NCBI GenBank assembly: GCA_977016875.1
Contig: CDRNST010000180.1
Span: forward strand, 2,108,001-2,172,000
Source: Pavona decussata
Lineage: Eukaryota
Direction of reading: 5' to 3'
Length of the DNA: 64,000 bases
In this document: in pieces, positions 49,596-62,300 of the stretch
How the letters are laid out: each line of letters begins with the position of its first letter
Position numbering within the stretch: the first letter of the stretch is position 1
Program-made: the position numbers and the translations under genes
The notes under the pieces: generated by a model
Told to the model about the DNA's origin: nothing
The model's input: only the letters and a program-made list of their open reading frames with translations
The model's database searches: none

Positions 49596-51384
49596 GCTAA
49601 TATTTGCAATAAAACAATTAATTAATTAATTAATTCTGACATTAAAACGTGACCTACATTTTTCAGATAGAAGCTAATTTTTGTCGTGCAACATAGTTTT
49701 GCTTTCATTTTTTGTGACACAATCAGACGGGGAACCGGTCACAATTTGACTCGTCGAAGTATCTCAATGATTCGGTTTAGTGCTCCGTCTGAGCTCTCTC
49801 TCTGACAAGCACCTGGTTAGACTGTTTTTGTAAATTAACTCTGTAGATATTTAACCGGCTGCTTTTCCCTATGCCATCAGCTTATTCCCAGTAACTGAAA
49901 TTAATACTAAAGTTATAAGTGGTTTACGGTAAAATATTCCACGGGTGGCTTGATTTTATTGTATTTGTTGTGGTTCAATTTTTTTATTTCCTTCGTCTTA
50001 TTTTGTAACAGCATTATCTTAGTAATACACACGAAATTCACCTTTAGAATTATCTTATTTGTTTTTCATCTTTGTACGTCGAAAACACTTTTGGCAACAC
50101 TTTTCAATCTTATCTTGAATTCTTGAATTATTGTATTTTCTTCTTTATTTTCCGTGGATATCGGTGTTTCATTGCCTCAGGTATACATGTTAGTAAAATG
50201 TTTTAACTCTCTAGCTCATACGGCAATAGTTCACATTCAAACTGATATTGAAAACATCACGATGCAATTGTTTTCAACAAAACCTTTGGGGACGCCTCTC
50301 CTCTAAAACTCGACAGAGCTCCGCATCACCGCGGACGCAATAGTTGTTTCATACTCTAATTAGCATCTTTTAATAGCGCAAAGCGAATTGTTGGGAAAAA
50401 TTATTGAATTTTTTTTGGTCTCTACTTCTCTTCCTCAAGGATAAATTTGTGGTTTGCTTCTAATCCTTGTAAGCGGATAGAGATAAACGAGGAATAGAGA
50501 AATTTCAGAAACCAGTTATTAATTTATCATGTTGTTGGCATTACTGTTCTCTTTTATTGAGCCTATGTAAACAGGGAAATTTATAGTTTTTTTTGTTATA
50601 GACAAGTTATTGAATTTTTTTTCTGTAAAATTAAACAAAGATTATTTGGTTAGTTATTACTCGCATTTCTTGCAATTATAGTCATCCGGGCGCCTGGATT
50701 AAAAAACAAATTATTTCAGAGTTTTATTCGAAAGAAAGTACAGCTTTGATACGATTTTTAGCCTTTCTGATTCAAAAAGAATTAGTGAGCCACCGAAGGA
50801 GTCTACTTGAAGAAATGCGTAGGAATATTTTCTAGAGCAGAATTTGAAACACAACATTTTATTCCTGCATTCAGTTTTACCCGTGCAAAAACTAATAACT
50901 CAGCCTATTCGGCACCTAACTCGCCCGGATATTGAAGCCGGACTTTATTGCCATTTTAAAGACGTGTTAATGACAACATCTACCCGGTAATGGGCCATCG
51001 CAAAGGCGTTCTTTTTTGTAGTTAATGACTTGCAGTCATTGATAAGAGATCATTACCTCTACAAACCATAACTGCGCATGCGTAATACCTCCGAAAATGA
51101 AAAGATCACATTTGGTCGAGGGTGATTTAGAGTAAATTACAGAGATTTATTTAGTCTAATTATTTTTAAGCTACCGCGCTTCGAGGATAATATTCGCAGG
51201 AGGGAAAACAATAGGGCCGAGCTCCAAGCAGGTGAATTAATGAAAGAATCAGTGAAATCCTTTGTGAGTTGTCTTAGAAGTTTCTTGCTAAACGCAGTGA
51301 CGATAATGTGCTTGCTAAAAGAAAACACCTAGCTTTTGTTTGTAGATGTAACCTGTTTTCTTGCCAATTTTTTAAGTGATGTGA

Positions 51385-51633
51385 TATACGAAGTGAGTAA
51401 CGTTTATGCCAAACGGCAAAGGGCAGAAATGTCCACGTGACCATGTTTATCCTATATTTGCCTCTCGATGTTTTCATTTTCTCAGTAAAATTGAGCAGTT
51501 TTGGGTTAGCATCAAAGGTCAGAATTATTTCCCACTATACTATTCCCTTCTGTGTATTTATATTTTCAAGAAAACAAAAACGCGAATCTCATGTTTGTAG
51601 TTTGCCGTAAACGCGATTCTAAATCTCTTTATT
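51385..51633. mobile_element. Degenerate MITE
   Basis: Inverted ends CGTTTATGCCAAAC / GTTTGCCGTAAACG. Confidence 0.5.
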
Positions 51634-53438
51634 AATTGCTTTTCTGAAACCTTAACGGAAAAGCGATTTGGAATTCAATTTGAACTAAGTGAAATCAAAA
51701 CTGCGTGATTTGTTATGAAAACCTATAAATTGTACATGCGCCCCGTCTAAAAATTAAAGTAAATCAAGGCGTAACGCTAAAGTTTTTTTCCTTCATTTTT
51801 CATAATAGTTCCGGACATTTTCGCACCTATAAGGGGTCTTATAACAACCTTTATTACATTTTAATTCTAGATCTGTCTTGGATTATTGCAATGAATCTCA
51901 TATGTCTTAATTAGTCGATGTCAGGAGCTTCAATTTTGCTCTTTACAAACTTTGAGTGTTGTGAAATCAATAGAATGCTATAAATTTCTGTGGCTATATT
52001 ATTATTGTCTGATTCGCTTGAGACAATCCGCTCCAAAGAACGGCGATGAACGGTGCAGTAAGGATAAAACTCTCGGACTCGTCGGCATTTCCTATTTTTT
52101 CTGAGATCTTTCCAGCTGCCATATGAGTGTGAGCGAGTGGGCATGCGCACAATCTTTTTCAAGACCAGTTATGAAAAATAATTTTTAGACAAATTGAGTC
52201 ACATTTGTCAGCAAAAATAGCTCGTTAAACTCGGCTTTACTGAGAGAACTTTTCGCTGGCTCGCCCTTCGTTCCACTCATCACTTGACTGTTTCTTTAAT
52301 TAAAGTAGTTATTAAAAAAAGATCGGATAGAATTCACCGTGGACGCACACACCTTAACTCCAATAACCCCAACACCTTTCCCTTTCGTCATTTTCCTTCC
52401 CAACTTCCTGACCGCGTATGTGCAGTTTAAAAATGTCAAATGGGCATTAGCGGCATCACCCAACGTTTCGAGCGGTCGAACAAAACACGCCATCTTTAAT
52501 AATCACAAGGAATTAAATCAGTCCACAAGACCCTTGTGTCGTCTCAGCCCGCGCCATTTTGTCAATTGTTATTCCTGTGGGTTTGCGGATTTTCTTTACC
52601 TTCTGTCATTTTTCGAAGGACTGAAGCAATCAACTTTGTGTATTATTTGTTATGTTTTGTTTAACATGTTTTATTAGGCACACGCCTTATGGAAGAGCAC
52701 GAATGGGCCTCGGAGTCCCATGCGAGGGGCCCTCCCAATGGACTCTCCATACCCATTGTATCAATAGCCAGACCATAAACACCGGGACTACATACTCTCC
52801 TCAGTTTCTGTAACCTCTAATCTTGGAGTCTAGGTCACACTGGCTCAAAAATCTAGAAGCAGAAACTAACTAAAGGCCTCTCAGCTGGTAACTGGATTGT
52901 GTCTGGTGGGCTCCTTGGAATGTTACCAATTAACAGCTAATCCGACAAATTCTTAAAAGATACCGGGGCAATTTCAAATGGCATGCGCCATTTGGCAATA
53001 CTGGGATATATTGAAGATGCGTTCTGTTTGCCACTGACTGGTCAAACCGGATTAACCCTTAAAAAGGAGGGGATTATTAAATAGGGGGATTACAAGATGG
53101 GGATTGGGAGGAGGGTATATTTTAAATTATGACTTTTGATCAAAAAGCTTTTCCATATCCCACCACACAGCCAACTGAAACATAGGATTAATTTTAACCT
53201 AAGTACAATCATACTTCTTCACTCTGAAGACCAAGTTTTCCTATAAAGAAACTAACTGATGTTTTGACCATTGGCACGCCTAAGTTTTGAAATTCTTTTG
53301 TGTGTGTTCGAACATGGAAAGGTTAGGGAAGGGGGCTTATTAAAAATCTGATCTCCAAACGGTCGGAGAAATGGGGTGGGGACTTTATAGACTTACTTAT
53401 GTTACTGATATATGCCGGACCTAAGGATATGTCAGTTA

Positions 53439-53510
53439 TTCTCTCCCTCTCTGTCTGTCTGTCCGGTTGTCTGTCTCTCTCTCACTCTCTCTCCCTCTCT
53501 GTCTGTCCGG

Positions 53511-53550
<40 letters not shown>

Positions 53551-53575
53551 GGCTGTCTCTGTCTCTATCTCTCCC
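53439..53575 (+). repeat. (CTGT)n/(CT)n compound microsatellite
   Basis: Simple repeat seen directly. Confidence 0.9.
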
Positions 53576-54035
53576 TTTTTCAAGCAAAAAATGACTTCTT
53601 TTGGTTAGATGAACAAAGGAAACAGTGACACGCAGTCAGACTCGCAAGTTTTTGTCGAAATGGGGTCAGAGATTTAATATTACCCGTGGATCACATATTC
53701 GTGTATTAAATTTCCTAGGGGAGTACTCCTTCCTGGGATCCCAGGGAGAATTTAATAGTCCATCTGAGTAAAGACGCAGTTATACACAATAGAAAAAACA
53801 TTCATTTAATAGTTATAATCTGGTTGGTTTTTTTATGCTATATTCATTTGTTTATACATAGTTCAGTCTCTGATGTAGGAAACTATAATATTATGTTCTT
53901 AACTTTGGTTATTTTTACCTCTTGCCGTTTTTGTTTTTGTATAATAAGCCAGCACTTAACGCTTTCAGCTCCAGAATAGAATCTAGACTCATTTGATGTT
54001 CATCTTACTTTCAAGCCTGTACATGTGGATCAAAT

Positions 54036-54468
54036 GCTGTTTATTATGTTGTGTGAGGTGGTTCTAACTTTTGAGTTTGTGGGTGAAATCCTAAAGTGTC
54101 ACCATTCAAATGAAAGCTACTGAGCAGTACTTTCCTGTGGTGCTGTTTATTATGCTGTATAAGGTGGTTCTAACTTTTGAGTCTTTGGATGAAATCCTCG
54201 TAAAGTGACCATTCAAATGAAAGCTACTGAGCAGTACTTTCCTCTGGTTCTGTTTATCAGACTCCACAAGGTGATTGTAACTTTTGAGTTTGTGGATGAA
54301 ATCCTAAAGTGTGACTATTCGAATGAAAGCTACTGAGCAGTACTTTCCTGTAGTGCTGTTTAATTTGCTGTACAAGGTGGTTCTAACATTTGAGTTTGTG
54401 GATAAAATCCTAAAGATCAGTAGCTTGTATTCAAATGAAAGTTACTGATAAGTACTTTAATGTGGTGC
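54036..54468 (+). repeat. Tandem satellite, ~4 copies of a 106-107 bp unit
   Basis: Units start at 54036, 54142, 54249 and 54355 (GCTGTTTATTATG...GTGGTTCTAACTTTTGAG...CATTCAAATGAAAGCTACTGAGCAGTACTTTCCTGTGGT). Confidence 0.92.
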
Positions 54469-55048
54469 CGCTTGTGTTTTCTTAATTTGTTTCTGACAAA
54501 AACAAATTTGGGAACTGTTGGTATCGAAAGGATACATACCTAAACCTTATTTACAATTAGTGGTAAAATTGACCACGATAAAGGCGTAAATCAGCTTGAT
54601 ATAGTTGACCTGACAACCACAAGTTTTATCTGCGTTCAGGAGAACTAGCAAAAGTTTTTCCACGTTTTACTTTTGATTTGATGACCTATGTCATGATGGC
54701 GCTGGCATAGCTTAGTGCTGTAGCTGTGCGTGAATGCGAAAATGTATCCCTTTTCTATGGAGAAATTAGCTGTTGATTTCTTTCGGGGCTTTATATTTGT
54801 GGTCGAAGAGATGAGTTTAATCTTATGTTTACTCAATCGTTAAATAATACACTGGGTGTTTTTGGACTGAGTACTGAGTGTATCTATTTTACTAACGTGA
54901 GCCGTTAATTTACAAAAACACGTCGCTGCAAATTAGGTTTTGCAAACTGCGTCACAATAAGAGAATCACCTTGTTCACTAGAAATACTTTGTACAAGTGC
55001 GCTCCGCGCCATGCGCCAGGGGTTTAGCAAGTTTTTTTTGGGTTCAGT

Positions 55049-55545
55049 CTATTCGCCAATTTTCCAAACGTGTGAACAGTTTCCCTGTGTGCTCGGTGGC
55101 CTGTAGGATGACGTCGCACTGGTACCAGACGGAGGTACGGAGAATGGATGGTAATGTGGATCACAGTGTAAAAAGTGTACTCCGTGCGGCCACAGAGACC
55201 CGTTAACGGACGAATATGGCGACCAGGGAACATAATGAAGACCATTATACAGATGGCCCGAGCTGAGATGTCCGTCAGAGCCGGGAAAGTGCCTAGTGGG
55301 GCAAAATGCTTGAACAGGCTTTAGCCCCAGGGCCATACGACGCCGTTTGGCTTTCATCCGCCTGTTTTGGAACCATATTTTGATTGTTGTCTCAGACAGG
55401 TTGAGTGTTGATGCTAATTCACTTCTGCGTGTACGAGAAACGTAGTTTTCTCTGAGGAATTCCTTCTCCAGCCTGCTCAATTGCTCGCGGGTAAAGGCTG
55501 TCCTGTAGCGTCGTGTTCTGGTCGAGTCATCATTACGCTGAACAA
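55049..55545 (-). CDS. Evx: Even-skipped homeobox protein, homeobox exon
   Basis: Homeodomain [60 protein letters not shown] is diagnostic of Evx. Acceptor ttttccttcttaaAG, phase 1. Confidence 0.93.
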
Positions 55546-57747
55546 CTTTAAGAAGGAAAAATGAAAGAATATCATAACCGTTGTCTTTAAAAAATGTACG
55601 CGAAGAATCGAAAGGATCAAGAACCGTGTGTATGAAGCCTGCGCACAGGACATAGGAGACCTCTGGTCCTAGGCTTGTTTTTTTAATGTAGAGATTTATT
55701 TGCAGAAAAGCTAAGATTTTACTGTTAAGGTAGACTAGGGTCAATTTAATGATACTTTCACACTTGTAGTTTGCAAGCTGGGCTGTTAGTTTGACATGAA
55801 TCTCAATGAAACGTTTAAAAGTCATCGTTAAAGACTTCTAATAATGTTTATTGAATAAATTTTCTGTTTGAGTGTGTAATACCAAGGGCCCAGATTGCTG
55901 ATTACAAGTGTAAATGCTTTATCAAATTAGCTCAGTCCTGTATCCATTTTGTCTCACACACGGTCATCAACTAAACGCATTTTCACTTACTACATTTCCG
56001 AGCTGGATATTTAACACTTCCTCTTTATTTTTATGATTATTACAGCGGTTACCAATAACTTGCGACCTACCGCCTTCAAAACAGTCCGACTCAGTTGCGT
56101 TTTGGTGGACGTCAATCAAAGAAGAGCCGTTGAAATTATTTTGAATGCTGACAAGATTTCAAGGCAACGTAGCCAGGAAGTTGAGAATTTAGCGTTGCTA
56201 AAAGAAGGTAAGACTTTATTTAAATTAATTTTTTAAATTAAGATTTCAAATTTCACTGGTTGTGATAATTTGCTAACTTGTATGCATAGCTGATTTTCCA
56301 AATTATCAAGGGCGGGGATTTACAATTTTTATTTCAAAAATTCGGTTTTCTCAGCTTCGTCCCCAGTCGTCCCTGGCGCGCGGTCAAATGTGCCATAGAC
56401 AAGCTCGGTCAGCGTTGAGGCCTGGAAACGAGGTTGCGGTATTCCCTGAACGACGCCTTTTCTTTTAGTTAAACTTCCTTGGAAATCAAATTTGATAAAT
56501 TTTACCATCTGTCAGTATATAAAACTGTCAATTTCTTGGTTCTGTTGCCTTGAAATCTTGTCAGAATTCAAAATAATTTCAACCGCTTTTCTTTGATTTG
56601 CACCATCAAAAAGGAAACTTTATCCGACTCTTTTTGAAGGCGCGTTAGGTCGCGTGTTATTGGTAACTGCTGTAAAGACACTGAAAATGCGATCGTGTTT
56701 TACAAATCTAATTAAAAGAGCTTGAATTGAGCTGAAAAAAAAAAAAACCTCGAAATTGTCATATCAACAGGCAAGCCTAAGCCACTGTACACAATTAAGA
56801 GTGTTTGGATCACACCGTGTAAGAACAAATCTAGAAACCTGGAAAGCCTGGAAAATTTGATCGACAGCCAAAGGATCAGAGATCGCACCGTATAATTCTT
56901 AATTATGGTTTTATACCTAATTAAACCAACGCATCCTCGTGATAAAGCGATTTTACAATTTTCCTAATGAAATAAAGTACTTCCATGCATAATTATGATC
57001 AACCTGAAAATGTTTTGCACCTACAGGAAACTTGAATGAATTGTTGTGAATAAGTGTCAGCTTTCCATTTGGTCTTTTAACGTTTTTGTAATATTAGCAT
57101 TGTGAGAGATCTATTGACTCGATTTCAAGCCGTCTAAAGTATCGTGTTCATTCTCAGTTACCTTATCGTTTTAAACATACAAAATGCTTAGCTGAGTGTT
57201 CCGAAAATTGGTTTTTGTTGACCTAGAATATCGTCTTATTATCAGGTCTATGAAGTAAGATGGGATTTACTTCGCATGGAATAAGTACAGCGGAAAGAAT
57301 GGAAAGGTAGATTTCCATAAACTGGTGCCTTAAATAAAAAATGGTTAAAAAAAAAGCTTACAATTGGTGAAAGCGGCTTGATAACTCTCATTTGACAGCT
57401 TATCAAAATTTACTCTAAAGACTCGAACAAACGTTAGAACCACGTTTAGAATCTTGAAAATAAATCAGTTAAACATACATGATTTAAATAAACGGCTTGG
57501 GCTGATTGAGATAGTCGACTAAGAAAAGTACTTCTTCCTAATGCTTCGTCAGTATTTTTCATTTGGTCACGAGCTATAGGATACGATTTTACCCACATCG
57601 TTACCACCAAAAAGTATTGCTCAATAGGTTAATTACATTTAAATTAAAATTGTACCACTGTAGGATTATCCACAGCAACAATTAGGACTTACGTTGTAAC
57701 TTATAATAAACAGCACCACAGGAACGCTGCTATTCAATAGCTTTCAT

Positions 57748-58135
57748 TTAAAGGGACACTATCACGGAGATTTTGCTGTATTTTGGTCAAACCTGCTCAA
57801 ACTGATTTGACAACGAACCTCTTCTCTAACATGAAATTGCTCTTAGAAAACTGGGGGGAAAATATTAAGCAATTTCTCGGTAAGAAGACCAAACTGTGGT
57901 CTGGTTTTTAGTGAAAAATATACAGGAGGAGCTTGAAGAAATTGACCAGATATTTTCAATTGCAATCCATGTTCATCCTAGCCATCCGCACCCAAAGATG
58001 TTGAGTACTAGTTTATTGTTCACTAGTAGGGTTGTTGTTAACAAAATGGAACCATTATTTTAACTTTTCAATTGATAAAAATGTATATTTTTCTATTCAA
58101 AGGCGTACCAAAAATGGGTGACACTGCCCTTTTAA
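57748..58135. mobile_element. MITE with TTAA ends (Kolobok/piggyBac-like) nested in a reversed satellite monomer, in the Evx intron
   Basis: TTAAAGGGACACTATCAC ... GTGACACTGCCCTTTTAA; interrupts a reversed satellite monomer (57690-57750, resuming at ~58136). Confidence 0.6.
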
Positions 58136-58923
58136 ATGCTCACTGATCATGTTTTTGCCGGTTTCCTCCAAAGAGCCATAAGTGCAAATCACTCTGGGCA
58201 CAGCAAAGGAGCGAAGAGTTCATTCAAATTCTCCCAGTACACTATTGAATATAGATTTTAACTGGAGCATTTCGACCACAACTTGTATCAGATTGAGGAC
58301 CATATTAAGCGATTCAGGCAATGGCCCTATATAGGAAGGGACTAAGGTTTAGTTTCATCGTTAAGGTCAGCAATTGTTCTTGTATGTTCTGTGTGGTTTT
58401 GGCGATATCTGTTTTTATTTTTTACATTGTCTCACTGACAAACAAGAATCACGATTCGATGCGTACACTTCCTCTACTCTTCTGTAAATATTCTTTTTAT
58501 AGAATTTACACCGACAACTTGCGCAAAAATGGCAGGAAGAGAAATTTAATGAGTTCCCGTGCAAGTTGCCATTAGAGCCGCATCTTCCTTCAGCTCTAGT
58601 TGTGAATATTTGTTTGGGAAGCCGACTATACTTTATTTCTTGTTAGCGTATTGCAGCTAGTTGCGCAAGCAAACCACAAAATTGTTAATTATTAACCAAA
58701 ACAAAATTACAAGAATTGTAATTCAAGAAATACAAATTATATTACGTTTAAAAAATACAGGTTTACAATAGAAATTATTTTACGTTTAAAAACAGCAAGT
58801 TTTGGAACAAATGACAATCGAAAGGGAATAGCTCTTGAACAATAGGGCTATCACTAGAAATTTCAGTAGGGAGGTTAAAAAAGTTTCCAACAGAACAATA
58901 TATAAAACAGTAATCAGTTTTAC

Positions 58924-59212
58924 CTGGGTGATGATCCGTACTGCGTGGTGAAATAGCGAAGGTTCTTGCGCTTGAGAGAGGCGATTGGGAAGTCTGGGAA
59001 AAGGCGCTAGTGTGGCCGGCTGAAACACCATCAAGCGTCAAGGGCCTTGGTAACGTGATTGAACTGGTAAAGCTTGGGGAAGTTCTTGTCTTCTCAGGTC
59101 CTAAAGAACCTCTTGGCAGCGATATACAGCCGTGCCCATCTGCTCGTGATTCAAAGCTTTCCTTGGAAATAAGTGACTCTACGGAGAACGTTGAAGTCTT
59201 CGCTGCCTGCAT
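58924..59212 (-). CDS. Evx: Evx exon 1
   Basis: ATG at 59212 (MQAAKTSTFSVESLISKE...), Ser/Thr/Pro-rich. The phase-1 donor CCAG|GTAAAA joins exon 2 in frame to give 261 aa. A small middle exon cannot be excluded. Confidence 0.8.
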
Positions 59213-59269
59213 GATGATGTGGCGTCCCTGCCTTTGTGATCTAAATGCGTGCAAATGAAAGTGCGGAGC

Positions 59270-59370
59270 TGTCTTTAAGACTTGCCCACTTGTAGTCACG
59301 TGAATTCCCCCCTTAAATTGTATTAATGGAGATTATCAATGACCGGATTAAAATAATTAATTGGCCGAGA
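59270..59370 (-). promoter_or_regulatory. Evx proximal promoter region
   Basis: An E-box CACGTG (59297-59302) and a dense cluster of TAAT/ATTA cores lie 60-160 bp above the ATG. Confidence 0.4.
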
Positions 59371-62300
59371 GAACGACCCCTGTGGGAGGAAATGATCCTT
59401 TCCTAATATTAAATTTCTACGCCTTCTCTTTCTGCAAGCTATCCTGGAGGACTTTAGGGGTAAACAAAGCCATAATGTCGTTTATTTGCCAATCTCTAAT
59501 ACGCGCCGAGCGTAAAGTGCTCGGAAGTAATTTTACAAACATTTTTTTCTTCGGTGAAAAATTAGCATGTTAATGAGCCACTGAAACGCAAGGATCTTTG
59601 TTAAACCACTTTAACTGTTCCGACTGTTGACGAGTTGTTCATGAAAATGAGTTCAATTTTTCACAGCCTTGTCTGGGCAAATTATTTCGCGCCTTACGTG
59701 TAAACTATTAATTATGCTCATTTTCTATTTTGTGAAAGTGAGCAGTAAATAGAGTTTTCCTTTCATGAGTAAAATGAACACACAACACATAAGATGATCA
59801 TCACAATGTTCCAATTAATTTTCTTGCCCGCGTATACCACCACGTTACTTTAGATTAACTAAATTCGTTTTGGCCTCAATTTTTCAGGGAGTATTTTTCC
59901 TGATGATTGAGTTCTTCTTGAAAAACAAAACTGTGTTAACATATCGTTTTTCTTACACAAAACGGCGTGATTTTATTGCATTATAACTGCGTTGTGCTTT
60001 TCGTTGACCGCAAGAGTTTAATAACATAACGCATGAAGTGCCTAGAAATGATTTTTTTGTTAGTTAGAAATAGTCTTCCTTTCCCTCCGTGTGTTTTTTA
60101 ACCCTTTTCCTATACAGTCACAAAAATAAATTCTTCCCTATTCAATTTTCACACTTCTTCAGATTTCGTCTGTTTACAGAAAGATACCAACTATAGATCT
60201 GTGATTGCTCATACACTTAAAACATGCTTTTTAAAAAAAAAAAAAAAGTACTACTTGGTCGTCAGTTCTTTTTAGCACACACTTACCAGCCTTGATGTAC
60301 GTTTTTCTTGCACGTTACGTTGAAACACGCGATTTCGTGTCGTTTAACACCTGTACTCAAGGGAGTGATGGTCCAAGTAAATACTCGCTTTATTATAAAT
60401 CCTCCATGCAAACAATACACAGTATTTAAGTCTACTCAATCGTTTAAACTGTCGCTCCTCGGCAATTTTCTTCTCCAAATTGCATATTAATAAGCTTATT
60501 AAACGATTCGTGTAGTCTTACCAGATAGCGCATTCTAATACATTGATTACTTAGCGTGTTCATAATACACAAATTCACTTTTTCCATCAAAATAACGTAT
60601 TTGTGTATTAAAATTTTTTTTAGCGTTTCATAAATTAAAAGTACATTTTATACAAAAAAAATGCTGTTTCACCTGTTCAGTTTTAGAAGGTTTAGTTTAA
60701 ATAATTGGTCCTTCTAGAATGTCAAATCAGAAGACACTACCTTGAGGCCTTCATCAATGGTTGCGACATCCGGAATGATGGACAGCCAACCATCTTTAAC
60801 AAAACTTTTGACAACAGGAAAGCCGTAATTAACAATCTATTTTATAGAACCTGCAGTTTTATGCTGTCGTTATTTTCTTTTTGCTGAATAAAGAGTTTAA
60901 CCTTATTATTATAATTATAAACTGAACAAAAATGCGATCATTTTTGTGTGTAAATAAACCTGCGTGTGTTTAGAAATAGTGAAAGACTGCACTTTTTTGC
61001 GGAATACGCTTTGTATGAGTGGCGTGCCGATTCTTTTAGTAAGTTACGGCCTTGAATAGCAAGCAGACGTATGTAAAAATATACATTTAAAATAATTTGA
61101 AGCGAGATTTAGTTCACAACATTAGTATGGAGAGTTGGTCGTTATATAAGAAAGTCTTGATCAAATACTTTGCAAATAAAATATTACCGCTTAATATTCT
61201 TAATATCATGCACACCAATAAGCTCAAAGAATTGACCCGATTGAGTCCTCACCCAGGGTACTTTCCACGTATTTCAGTAAAAAAAAAACCGTTAAACAAT
61301 TACTTTCACATTGGGAATCTCATTACATTTTAATCCAAAATACCTAGAAAGTTATAAAAATCATCTGCTCAATAACCAGGCAATTTTTTCGCACTGTGAG
61401 TTTAATCCAAAGCGTCTCGTCCAAAAGACCCATTATGCTGTAGTTATGCTTTGGCATCGCTGGATGTCGGTGGTTTAACAACTTGGCGATAAATGTGTTA
61501 AATAAATCTCTTTACTCCTCTAACTCTCGCCTACAGTTTCATTCAAACTGGAGCTTTGTCATAAAAGTTAAATATGTAAAGATTATTTTCGTTCTCAATC
61601 GGAATCTTGCCCCCACCCCCGAAAACGACGAAGGCTTTGAAATTATCAGTTTATAAATATCGACAATTTTTCTTGCGCTGGGAGCCTTAGTTCGGCATCT
61701 CACAGAGTTGCAGACAGAGCGGAAACTAGACGAGAATCTCATGAAATTTCGAACAATGCTTCCCACAGAAAATTTCGCTGTGGTTTTCTTCCCTGGGAAA
61801 TACAACATCTGGAGACGACAAAGCTGGAGAAAAGGGGTGTGGACTATAATGTCATAAAAGGGACCGTCAACATCGCTATTTGGTAAAACTACCAAATTCA
61901 GGTGCCCGCTATGTTCAACAGCGAAAATAACGGATAAAATCACTCAATACGAACTTGTAAAGAAGATAGACAGTCGAGGTTAATAACATTACAACGTAAA
62001 CAAAAATATAATTTGAATGTATACTTTTCATCCCCGTGGTTTTAACACTGCAGCCCCACTGGAGGTGCAAAATTGAGTATCTTTTAATTTAAATTTGGAC
62101 TTTTGGAAGGTATATTTAATTTAATCAGCGAGGTTAAACAGGCAGCCGAATAAAAAGAATGATAACATGGAGCGGTTGGGGCTACTTATAACACAATGCT
62201 AAACAATACGAAAACTCAAACTGATGTTTTGTTTGAAAACCGAGTAAGTCACGCTTGACTTCAAAGGAGAAATTACTACAGGTTTTTAATAACTGACATT

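Noticed and set aside
54036-54468. CRISPR-like regular array
   Set aside because: Whole units repeat with no unique spacers; it is a eukaryotic satellite.
55546-55825. N-terminal part of the 258-aa Evx ORF
   Set aside because: Intronic read-through upstream of a good acceptor at 55546.
61539-61943. 134-aa ORF upstream of Evx
   Set aside because: No homeobox or other known motif.
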